DNA of 64,000 nt, taken from the NCBI GenBank assembly GCA_013265495.1, contig MU061334.1, positions 745,557 through 809,556 of the forward strand. The letters are read 5' to 3'. The stretch comes from Vicugna vicugna (Eukaryota). Positions 13,201-25,200 of the stretch are shown in pieces. How positions within the stretch are numbered: the first letter of the stretch is position 1; each line of letters starts with the position of its first letter. The notes beneath the pieces were generated by a model. It was given only the letters and a program-made list of their open reading frames with translations, was not told the origin of the DNA and ran no database searches. A program made the translations under genes and the position numbers.

Positions 13201-16200
13201 TGGCCACTGTTGGTGGGAGATCCCACAGCGGCTGTCTGATGTTGCTCAGCCCGCCCCCGCCCTGGCCAATGGCTGGTTCCCCTCAGGACTGTGAGGACCC
13301 CAACCCCCTGATCCGGGCCCTGGCTGTGCGGACCATGGGCTGCATCCGCGTTGACAAGATCACGGAGTACCTGTGCGAGCCACTCCGGAAGTGCCTGAAG
13401 GACGAGGACCCATATGTGCGCAAGACGGCGGCTGTGTGCGTGGCCAAGCTCCATGACATCAACGCCCAGCTGGTGGAGGACCAGGGCTTCCTGGACACCC
13501 TTAAAGACCTCATCTCTGACTCGAACCCCATGGTAAGCCGCTGCCACCCACCATGCCACCTCCACCACCTCCAGGGTTGCTTGGGAAGACCTTGGCTTGA
13601 CCCTCACCAGGCAGCCCGAGTTCCTGGAAGTCAGAGCCCTGCTGGGCGGCTAACTGTTCTTGTGGGTGCAGTGGTTTGGCGCCATCTTTGGTGTGAGTTG
13701 GACCTGGATTCCCTTCTCTGCGTAGCCCTCTCTAATGGGCTTTGTGACCCTGGACAAGGTGCCTAGCCTTCCAGAGCCTTCTTTTCTTCATTAGTAAAAT
13801 GGAACTAACTCTACACGGCTGCCAGGAATGCTGTGAGGTTTAAGCGGTGAAGGTAACGTGCCTGGCACACAGTCCGTGTGCACCCAAGACTAGTGCCCTC
13901 CTTCCCCTTCCTGTCACTGTTGTCACCATCCTCTCCTCAAGACCATCAGTGAGTTCTGAATGTGAAGTGCTTCACCCTTCCCCCACTTCTTTGCAGGTTG
14001 TGGAGGGTCATGCCTGAAGTAGTGTAGCCTGGAGGACAGCACCAGGATGCGTTGGGAGGGGGACTGGTCTCCTCAGGGCTGGTGATGGCAGCAGTTTGGA
14101 GGGCAGTTCAGTAGGGCCATGCTTAAGATGAAATGTACAACCGCCCAGCCATCCCTTTCTGTGTCCTGCTGAAACACTGATCACATGGGGCTGCCAAGTG
14201 ACCAGTATAGGGATGGCCATTGGTGCACTGCTTGGTTAGGGGAAGGTTGAAAACCATGCAGAACACATATAAATACAGCTGCTCTGGTGGAAATGGGTTG
14301 CAGGCCCAGATTCACCTGGCTATCCCTGTGTGCTCCAGCCCCTATCTGTCCCCAGCAGCCCCAAGGGGCTCTGCAGAAATCTTCTAGCTCTGAGAAGCAC
14401 AGCTGTCAACCCCCAAAGTGAGCTGCTGAAGCAGGTGGACCAGGACTCTGTGTTAGGTAGCAGGGAGTGCTTTCTGTTGCCAGGAACTTGGAGCTAGATC
14501 TTTCTGGTTTTGTGTTTTTCTTTAATGGTGGGTGCACTTTAGTTTCAGCTTATACAGGAGTCAGCAGAGTGAGTGTTGGAGTGGGTCTCTGCTCCAGACC
14601 CTGCCCATCTGGTCACATTCCTGTCAGGATATTTGAGCTCTGGCTGGCCAGCATCATTAGCCCCACTGCCACCCAGGCCTGTGAGCAGTGCCCCAGCCTC
14701 TGCCCCTTCCACCCTGTCAACCAGGTGGTGGCAAATGCAGTGGCTGCCCTCTCAGAGATCGCCGAGTCTCACCCCAGCAGCAACCTGCTCGACCTGAACC
14801 CACAGTCCATTAACAAGCTGCTGACAGCCCTGAACGAGTGCACTGAGTGGGGCCAGATCTTCATCCTGGACTGCCTGGCCAACTACACGCCCAAGGATGA
14901 CCGTGAGGCCCAGAGGTGAGAGGCTCCCTCTGGCTTGGCCCTTGGGGTTGAGGGGAAAGGCAGGGAGCTGGGCCCTAGGCCCCTAGTGGGCTGCTTTCCA
15001 GGGCCTTGCCTCACAGGCCATCCTCAGACAGAGCCAGGCTGACAGTGGTGTTCCTTTGGGCAGTCAGCTCCCTGCTTGCCGAGGGCACAGAACAGAAGCC
15101 AGGGCCTGACCTGGGAGCTGACAGAGACCTCGGTCACCTCGGGCTGAGTAAGGAGGCGGACAGCGTAAGAGCCACCATTGGCTGAATTCTCACTGGGTGC
15201 CTGGGGCTCTGTTGGGTGCTTCCTACGTATCAGATAATCTTTAAAGCAACTCTGTGAAGGCAGCCCCATCATCCCCACTTTACAGATAAGGAAACTCAGG
15301 GAGGTGGAGGAAATCACATAGGCTACCCAGCTGGGTCTCCTCTGACTCTTGATACTAACCAACATGCTATCCTGCCCCTTTTGAATGCCTTTACAGCAGG
15401 AGAAGGGAGGGTGTTGGCGTTTATCCAGTATTTACTGATGGCCAGGCACCTTGCTCAGTACTGTACTTGTGTTGTCTCATTTAAGCCCCCAGCAACCCTG
15501 TGAAGTTGGCATCATCATCTCCATTTTTCAGATGAGGAAACTGAGGCCCAGAGTGGTTTTTAACCTGTCTGGGGACAGTTAGCAGGAAACAGAACCAGGA
15601 TCCAGATCATCCTCCTGCAGAAGACATGCTATCTTCATAACTAAAAACAGTGTTTCCCCTTGTCTGTCTCTCCTATTTGCCCCCCTTGGAATGGACCACA
15701 GCATCTGTGAGCGGGTCACCCCAAGGCTCTCCCACGCCAACTCTGCTGTGGTGCTGTCCGCTGTGAAGGTGCTGATGAAGTTCATGGAGATGTTGTCCAA
15801 GGACCTGGACTACTATGGCACGCTGCTAAAGAAGCTTGCCCCGCCCCTGGTCACGCTGCTGTCGGCCGAGCCTGAGCTGCAGTACGTGGCCCTGCGAAAC
15901 ATCAACCTCATCGTGCAGAAAAGGTACGGGGACTGCCACATACGGGTGGTGTGCACCCAGGGGGTCTCCTGCCAGGAACAGGGGCTCTGAAGGGAATCCA
16001 GCCTGTCACCATTGCAGGACATCTCCACAGCTTAACCCACAGTTTCTTCGCCATGGGCATCTTTGTCCTGTAGGGGACATTTGGCAATGTCTAGAGACAT
16101 TTTTGGTTGTCGCTGTGGGGGATGCTACTGGCATCTAGTGAGTGGAAGGCAGGGATGCTGCTCAACGTCCTACAAGGCACAGGACAGTTCTGCCCCCACA

Positions 16201-19200
16201 GAACCATCCATCCCCAAATGTCAGTAGTGCTGAGGCTGAGAAACCTTGACTTAGCCTTACCAGGTAGCAGGCTGGGTAAAGGCTAGCATGGTGCTTCTTA
16301 ACCACGGACAGTGGGTGGCTCCACAGTCCACAGATTCCTCCTGAAATGGGCTATAAGACTGTGTGTGTTTTTCCTGGGAAAAGAGTTTGTAGCTCAAGTC
16401 AAATTTCCTGAGGCTGGAGGACTCCGAGGTGAGGCCCCATGGACTTTATATCAGCCTTGGGGCCATTCAGAATGCTGTGCAGCCTGTTTCTGTCCACCTG
16501 TAGGGAATGACCCCAGCAGAACCCCACTGCTCCTAAGGGAAGGACCTAATACCCAGCATGGATGGGGCTAAAAAGTAAAGGGTGCAGAGCAGAAGAGGTT
16601 CTCAGGAACGATCCCGTGAGGGGCCCGGCAGCTCCCTGGAGTGGGGCCAGCCTCCAGCCTCTTTGGTCAGATGGCTCACTCAGTGACTGACTCACCAGCT
16701 GACCCAGGGCCCTTCACAGACCGTTCTCTCTTGGAAGATGGTGCCTGCTCCCTGTCCCTGTAACATCAGCCTGGTTCTTGGCACACACGTCGGGGCCCAG
16801 AAACATCATTGGAATTGGGACATTTGTGAAGGTTCGGGTGTACATTTTGAAAAGCTTTCCGAGTGCCTAGGCGAAGGGATGAGACCAGGGGTCCCAGCTG
16901 CAGCTTGGGGTTAGTAAGGTGCAGTGACCTGTGGGTCTGCCCAGCAGGAAGGGCTCCCTGTGCCGTATTCAACATGGCAAACCTCCTGAGACGTTGTGTG
17001 TGTTGCTGAGGCGCCACCAGGCCCAGGCCCAACATGTGCTTGGGCAGCTGTGATGAGTCCTGATCGCAGAAACCACATCCTCCTGCTTCCCCGCTCAGGA
17101 TCCTGCTCCACACCGGGCACGACAGAGGCTCCTGGCTGGGCCGGGACCTCCAGCAGCTTGCTCAGCAGCGCTGGGTACCACCCTGGGCGGAGTCCCTCCT
17201 TTCTCTCTGCTGCATCTTCTCCCCTTCGCCATCTGTCCTCATTCTTCTTGTTCCTCCTTTCTGTCCTGGAAAGGGCATGGGAGTAGGAGTCAGGTGGGGG
17301 CAGTAACTCTCATCTTGCTTCCACCCACCCTCGTTAGCAGTAGATGTGTGACCGAGCGCCAGCCCCTCCCCGCTCAGGTTCCTCAGCTATGGAAAATGAG
17401 GTGGGTAGTGCCTGGAGCAGCAGTGGCGCTGAGACAGCTCCTGCCTGGCAAATGCCTTCTCTGAGGCAGGCATGAATGGTGCTAGATGCTTCCTGTCCAC
17501 CTCTCACAGCGGCCCTGTTGTGTAGGTGTCTGTTGGGGTTCCCAGGACCCCCACGTTCAGAGATTCACTGGAAGGACTCACGGGAGTCAGCACATCATTC
17601 TCACAGCCGTGATTTATTGACCTAGTGGGGCTGCCTAGCTGGGTCATGAGGGAGACAGATAGGTGGAGTCTGGAGGAATCCTCGTGTGGACTTCCTTGTG
17701 TTCCCTCCCTCCCCTGGTGGGGCACACAGAGCACACCCCTCCCCAGCAACAAAATGCAGCAACATGTGCATAGTGTTTCTGCCCAGAGATGCCTGTTCGA
17801 GACTTAGCACCCTGGGTTTTTACCGGGGGCAAGTCATATAAGCACCCTCCGCCTGGCACCCACCAAAATCCCAGGCTCCTGGAAGGAAAGAAGGTGTTCA
17901 GCATAAATCATGTTGTGTATACAAATGGTCAAGGCATGTATAACCACCTTTGTCATTTAGGGAATGGTGAGAGAGCTCCTGGAAGCTGAATGTCCAGACA
18001 CCAGGCCTTTCTAAGACCAGAGACCCAGGCCTGCAGTGGTTATGCTTCCAAAACAGAACACTTCCCATTTTGCGAGTGAGAAACAGGCCTGGGGTCACAA
18101 GCTAGGACTGAAACTGAGACCTGATCCCCAAGCCCGTCACCTGGTGCCTGCAGCCTCTTGAACATGAACTGTCTGTTGCTCATGTTTCCTCTTCCCTTCC
18201 TGGGATGTGGTTGGACACGCAGGGGCCAGTCAGAACCTTGGTCAGCAGGTCCTCTGCCCAGGAGCGTGCGGCCATAGGGGTGACCACCTTCACAGGTGTC
18301 AGGCTCCATGTCAGACCCCAGAAATGTGCCAGCGGACGTGGAGGGGGTTTTCTCACAGGGTTTATGACTTGCTCTTTGCTCTTCGGGCACTCGTGCCCCA
18401 CTACCAGGCCTGAGATCCTGAAGCACGAGATGAAGGTGTTCTTTGTGAAGTATAACGACCCCATCTACGTGAAGCTGGAGAAGCTGGACATCATGATCCG
18501 CCTAGCCTCCCAGGCCAACATCGCCCAGGTCGGCAGGGGGTGGCGGCCAGGGGCCCAGCACTCAGCAAACAGTAACTGCTGTTTCTGTGATTAAGGAGTT
18601 TGTTCTCTGTTGTTACTGTCATCCACCCATTGGAAAGTGGTGGTGAGGTGGATGTGTTAGCTAGATCAGCTGGAACAAGGGCTGTCTAGCCTGGCCAACT
18701 AGTCCTTCCTGCTTTCTTCTGGGAGCACCTGTCAGCTGTCTCCCTCCCTTGGGACGTCCACCTCGAACAAGAGGCAAAACCCCATCCTTCTAGGAGTCTG
18801 TGCATACCCACAGCCCAGGGGTGTTCAGGAGGTTGCCCAGCGAGATCCTCCTAGTTCCATCTTCTTTGTTTGGGCTACAGGTGCTGGCGGAGCTGAAAGA
18901 GTATGCAACAGAGGTGGATGTGGACTTTGTACGGAAAGCTGTGCGAGCCATTGGCCGTTGCGCCATCAAGGTGGAGGTGAGGCTCTGTTCTTCGCCTGGG
19001 GGAAGAAAGAAGGGAAAGGAAGCTGAAACTCGGAAACCAGTCTGATTCAAGCAGACTCTGCCAGCTGCTTGTGGTCCAGGAAGACCTGAGGGTCACCACT
19101 GGAGCCCCTAAGACACCCATGGTGCAGATTTGGTTGGGCGCCTTCTCATCTGTAATCTCCCTTAGGCCTTTGAGTTGCTGCAGATGATAGGTTCTCCTGC

Positions 19201-22200
19201 AGCATTAGCTACAGCAGTGGGGCAGCTTCAAGCTGGCTGTGGCCCTGGTAGACTTAGCTTTCATTTCTTGGAGCTTTGGGGCAGGGGCTTTGCATTTTGG
19301 CAAATATGATTCAGCTGTCCAGATGCCCTTGTCTCCAAATTTCTGGGGGTCATTCAGATCCCTGTGTCCTGACATTTCAGCCCTCCCATCCTCTGACTGT
19401 GGAGATGTTCCTTGACCACTGATCTGACGTTCCTTAAATGGGTCCACTGCAGGGTAGGGGATCTGGGACAGCTGGTCACTTCAGCCCAGCCCCTGAGATG
19501 TCTTCCTGTGATGGCAGTCTGAGAAATCTCTGCCACAGAGCATTAGTGCAGCATGTTGGAGTGACGGGGTATGGGGAGGGCTAGTCAAGCAGAGACTTCC
19601 TAAGTGTTTTTGTCACAGGAGCCCATTTTGTGGAGCAAGTAGCTGTGAGGTGGGGCAGGCTGGAGCGTTGTCCCACTGCCCTCAGGTCTTGGCCTGAAAG
19701 AGCTCCAAAATGCTCCTGTTCTCAGAAGCTCTGCTGGCCTTCTGCTCAGTCTAATTCTATCTCTATGTGTTCCTGCCATCCCAAGACCATCATTTTATAC
19801 TCATTCTCCCACCTGTTACCTGCAGGGTGTTCCCCTGTTTTCCTGCTGTTGAAAAGGCAGGTGGACAAGGTGTGACTGAGCCCATGTTGGGCATAGATTC
19901 TGTTAGAAATGGGTGCAAGGCCCTGCCCACCCGCTCCTCTTCCCACACAGCAATCTGCTGAGCGCTGCGTGAGCACACTGCTCGATCTCATCCAGACCAA
20001 GGTCAACTATGTGGTCCAGGAAGCCATCGTGGTCATCAAGGACATCTTCCGCAAGTACCCCAACAAGTACGTGGCCGCCCTGCCTGTCAGGGTGATGTGG
20101 CTACTGGGGATGGGGATGGCAGACGGGAAAGCAAGGAGCCTCTCCCCTCTTTCTTACTGCTCCGCCCCAAATAGTATTCTCAATGGAAACCCTTTGGTTT
20201 TTCTTACTTCTCCTGAGTTGCCACTGCTCTGCTCCCAGAGCCAAATAAGTACTAAAATGTAACAGGTAGAACTCAGATCCTCTCGAGGTCTTGTGGGGCA
20301 GCGGCCTGTCTGTCCCAGCCCCTCCTGGACCTCCCCGGTTGCCTAGGCTCCCTCAGTGCTCACACGCCGGCTGTGCCCGGTCTCCAGGTACGAGAGCGTG
20401 ATCGCCACACTGTGTGAGAACTTGGACTCCCTGGATGAGCCTGAGGCCCGGGCTGCCATGATCTGGATTGTGGGCGAGTATGCCGAGAGGATAGATAATG
20501 CGGACGAGCTGCTGGAGAGCTTCCTTGAGGGCTTCCATGACGAGAGCACCCAGGTGAGCTGTCGAGCGGGCCGGCTCGGGGTCGTGACCGGCAGCTCGGG
20601 CTTGCTGCGGTCCATCCTGCCCTGAAACCCTCCCCTCAGCTAGCCGACCTTAGGGCCCTGCCCTCCTGAGACTGCACTGACAGTGTGGACAGACAGGTAA
20701 GTGACGTACAGGTGACAGGTGTAGCCCCCTTTCCTCCCACGCTACAGGACCTAAGGGAACACGTGAGGACAGTCTGTGATGGTGTACATTGAAGGCAGGC
20801 AAGTTTTTGGTTCGTTTTAATTTTGTGTTTACCTTTGGATAGGTAATACATTGAACTGGCTCAAAATTGAAGATACAAAAGGACATGTCATGAAAATTCT
20901 GTTTCCTACCACTTTCCTGGTTATGAGTTCTCCCACCAGAGAACACCAGTGTTATTTACTGGTTTCTAGGGGATACCTGCAGAGATAGTTTAGGAACGCG
21001 CCAGCCTGGTCCTCCACATAGACATAAATGGTCAGTTTTCATCATTTGTGGTACTTACTTCTATGAAGTCACCACAAATGCTGACTTGGTAAGTACTAAA
21101 CCAGCGCTCTCAGCAGAAATAGAGAGTTGGGTTCCTACAAGCCCCTGGTCACAGCATTTTTGTTAGCTGGTCAATATATAACCTTGTTTTGTGTGTGTCT
21201 CTGTTCAGGGACATTGTGTTCAATATATACCATTGAGTCACTAGCATTGAACTCACGGCCACAGCACTGTAACTCACGCCCAAACAAAACTTATCTAATG
21301 TGTGTTTTCTCCAAAAGGCACATCACAGTCTTCTCACGCTTAGGAACACTAGCCAGCTCTTCGACACTACCCTCCCAGTGGGTAGTTAGGCGCCCAGCCC
21401 TCCTGTGCTTTTAAGCGGCACTACTGTGAATAATGTGCATGAAGCACACCCGCAGGTTCAGCTGGAGGGCAGTCTTAGGAGCAGGAGCAGCAGGAGACGG
21501 CCTGGCCTGCCCGCTGGAGGTTGGGTGGCTGCAAGCAGATTTCAGGGATTACTCTGGTTTACACCCCTTTCTCAGAGGTGGCATAGCGCTCTCCTCACCT
21601 CCTTCCAAGCCAAGTGCATCCTCAAACTTTATTTTTGCCAATCAGATCAATAGCAGGCGGGACCTCAGGATAGTTTTGTTTACATTTTTGTTTCAAGTGG
21701 GGTTGAGCATCTTTTCATTTGCATCCCTCTTCCCGTGAACTGTCTGCTCGTGCATGGGGGCCTTTAAAATGTCTGTGAGCACAGACTTCTTAGCTGCCCA
21801 ACTGGAGCAGTGGAACCCAGGGGATCAGAGCCTGGACTTTGAATCAGGGACCTTAGAGTCCAGACCCCACGTCTGCCCCTTGGCTCGGTGACCCTATGCT
21901 AACCCTTTGCCTCTCTGAGCCTCGGATTCCTCATTTACAAAATGAGAGTCATAAGACTTTCCCTCATCCTGTGCTCTGAAAGTTAAGTGGGATGCTTTGT
22001 GTAATGTCCCCAACACATGCACAGCCCATAATAAGCACTCATTAATGGTGGTGTTGGTCAGAATTGGTTTAAAAGCATACTTGCCCAGGCAGAAAAGGGG
22101 ACTGACACGTTCCTGTAGCTAAGTCCAAGAAGTGCGCTCTCTTCTGCACCCCTGGGTGAAAGGTGCTTGGATGGTGGCAGCCTCCCTTGGGTGGCATCTC

Positions 22201-25200
22201 CCTTGGTCAGGCTCCAACCAGTGGGGCCTATGAAGGGTCATTGGTTGCAGGCTGTGTTCTTACCGCTTAGTGGGCCCTGTAACTGCTTTCGCCTCCGAAG
22301 TTCCAGCAGCAGTCCAGGCCTGTTCGCATTACCCTGAGCCAGTCACTGTGTCTTTGGGATGGCCAAGTCTGTCAGATGCATATCCAGTCTCCGTGGATTG
22401 AGGGGCACAGAGAGGGATGAAGGAAAGCCAGCATTTTTGTTACCAGAAGATTCACTGGATGCTGGGTGGGCAAAAACAACAGGTGTCCATCACAAAATAG
22501 GAGTAGTAATTCCCACCGATTCCCACTGCCACCTGCCAAGTCCAGCTGCCAGGCTGCCCCAGGGCCGCCTCCACTTCCACCCACCAGCCTCCCTCCCTTG
22601 TCTCTGAGAAGCAAAGCCCCACCTGGGCTGGTTTTGCTCCTGCAATCAAGTCCTGTCGGGTTGGCTGCAGAGGATGCCCTCTGGGGGCATTTCTAGCCGT
22701 GGCTCCTCCCCTGCTCTGGGTCCTGGAGCGTTAAACCCACTAGGCCCATTTCCTTGTTTCTCATACAGGGTTCTAGCAAAGCTTATTGGATGGTGTATGT
22801 AAACTGTCCGCTCCAGTGCTCAGCAGACAGGAGTTGGGTGGTGATGTTTTAATTAGGTGGCCTGCTTCCTTTGCCTCCTGGGTTCACAGCAGAGTTCAGA
22901 GCTTTTGTAAGATAATAAATTGGAGAACTCATTTTAGATTGTCTCTTTGAGCCCGGTAGTCCTCTCCAGCCATGGGGCAGGGAGCGCTGTCTGGCCTGTC
23001 TGGAGGGCAGGGGCGGTGGCATCTTTGCAGGGGGGCTGCCCTGAACTGGCTCTGGGGTGAGAGAGCCGGGGAGGGAGCTGAGCGCGGCCTGTTCCCAGGC
23101 AGCACAGTGGCTGCCTGGGGTTGGGGAAAACCTGGTAGAGAGTCCCCAAGTGGTGGTTGTGGTGACATTGATGATGACAGCTGCTGTGCCCTGGGCAGGG
23201 GACACGATAGGTTCTTCACTGACTTCTCCCGTCAACCTGTGAGGTACTACACCCATTTTATAGATGAGGAAACAGACTCAGGAGTTATATAACATGTCCG
23301 GAGTCACTAGCAGGGAAGCGGTAGATCAGAGTTCAGATGCGGCGTGAGCTAACTCTGGCTCCAAGTAAGGTGCCATGAGTTGCCATCTTCACAGCTAACA
23401 AGAACCCCCCAAGGTAGGCCCTGCAGCTCCCTCACTGACTGTGGGTAAATGGCTTTTCCTCGGCCACCCTGTCAGGTCTGGAAGCCAGTCCCTGAGCTGC
23501 CTCCTGCCTCGGAAGCGGCCAGCCTGCTCCTCTGCCACTGGCCCGGGTGTCACCAATCGCAGGGACTGTGGATGCTCAGTCCCCTCAGTCCTGCCTCCCT
23601 CTGTCGGCCGCCCCATGTTATCAGGGCAGTTAAGCCATTTGTTTTGTAAGTGCCCTCCTGCTGGACAGGCCCAGGAGGTGCCATCAGCCCCATTTCCACC
23701 CTGCCCAGGCCTGTCCCTGGCACAGTCCAGGCTCAGGAGCCTCAGGCTGTCCTCCTGTCCCAGGGCTGACAAAAATGAGACGAGGCTAAGGAAGGGCTAT
23801 GTACAGAGAATTGTTCTTTCAGAGGAATTTTCCCAGTCAGCAAGTTTTTCTCAAGTGCCTGTTCAGCACAAGGCACTGGAATGAACAGTAACCAGGGATG
23901 CAGCAGTGACAGGCACAGTCCCTGTCTCTCCATGGGACAGTCCGGTGGCTGGAAAGCATTTCCAGTACCGTGGGGTAGCGCCAATAAGGGGGTGCAGCAG
24001 GCTGCAGAAGCGGGGCGGGGGCAACAGGAAGGACATGCAGGTGACAGCACAGTTCCTCAGCCACCAGCTGGTGGGCGGGCCCTGCTGACCCGTCCGCTGG
24101 GCTCCCTGGCACTCTCTCCACTTGCTGACCAAGGGTCTTTTATAAGTGTATCAGGCACACCACACTTGTTGCCTTTGTAAGCTGTGAGCTCCTGAAGGCA
24201 CTATGGGTCCCAGAGCCCTGGCAGATTCTTGGGACCCTGGGGCTGGGCAGCAGCCCCCAGCCTGCCTGGGGTTGCCAGATAGTACCATGGCCAGCTTCCT
24301 GAGTGGTGATGCCAAGGTCCAGGCTACTCAACACGACCAACACCCCTGCTGGCCTTGGCCTGTTTGCCTGGCCAACCCCAAGCCCAGAAAAGTCATTTTC
24401 TGCCCTTGAACACCCTTTTTCCTTTTTGAGGTCCTCATTTGGTTTCCTACTGACCCCACGGGAAACTCACACTCCTTCTTCCCCATCTCCTCTCTGTCTT
24501 CCCGCAGGTCCAGCTGCAGCTGCTAACAGCCATTGTGAAACTATTTCTGAAGAAACCAACAGAGACCCAGGAGCTGGTGCAGCAGGTCCTCAGCTTGGCC
24601 ACTCAGGTGGGTACACAGCCTCCCCCCTGTGCCCAGCGCAGCCCCTGCTCCACGGAGGCAGCTTCGGTCCAAGAAGCCAGACCTGGCTGATCCTGTCCCT
24701 AAAACTGGCACCACTGGGGTTTGTCCCCACAGCAACCCCAGATCCCTTCTCAGGAAGCTCAGTCACAAACAAATCAAGGTGGAGCAGGGGCAGGTGGTGA
24801 CACTGAGCCAGACCATAAACGAGGGAGGAGAGAGAAGTGGGTGAGAAGCAGGGAAGGCAGACAGTGGAGAGGGTAGGACATGGAGACAGGTGGGCTGGCC
24901 TGCTCGCAGCCGGGCTGGAGTGGAAACTGGATGGGCTGTGTCTGTTCAAGCAGCTTAGGGACAGGCTCCCAGGAGTGCTCAGGTTGCTGTCATCAGAGGC
25001 CCTGTGATCCTGCCAGTGTCTGGGGACTGCAGGAAGGGCGCTCCCCTTCCTTTCACCTGCTTGTCCTGAGTTTCATGGTCTTCTCGTCACCTCCCAGGAC
25101 TCAGATAACCCGGACCTGCGGGACCGCGGCTACATCTACTGGCGCCTGCTCTCCACGGACCCTGTGGCTGCCAAGGAGGTGGTGCTGGCTGAGAAGCCAC

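Noticed and set aside
16295-16315. Partial RE1/REST site ttcttaaccacggacagtggg
   Set aside because: Only 15/21 positions match; the left-half CAGC core is missing.
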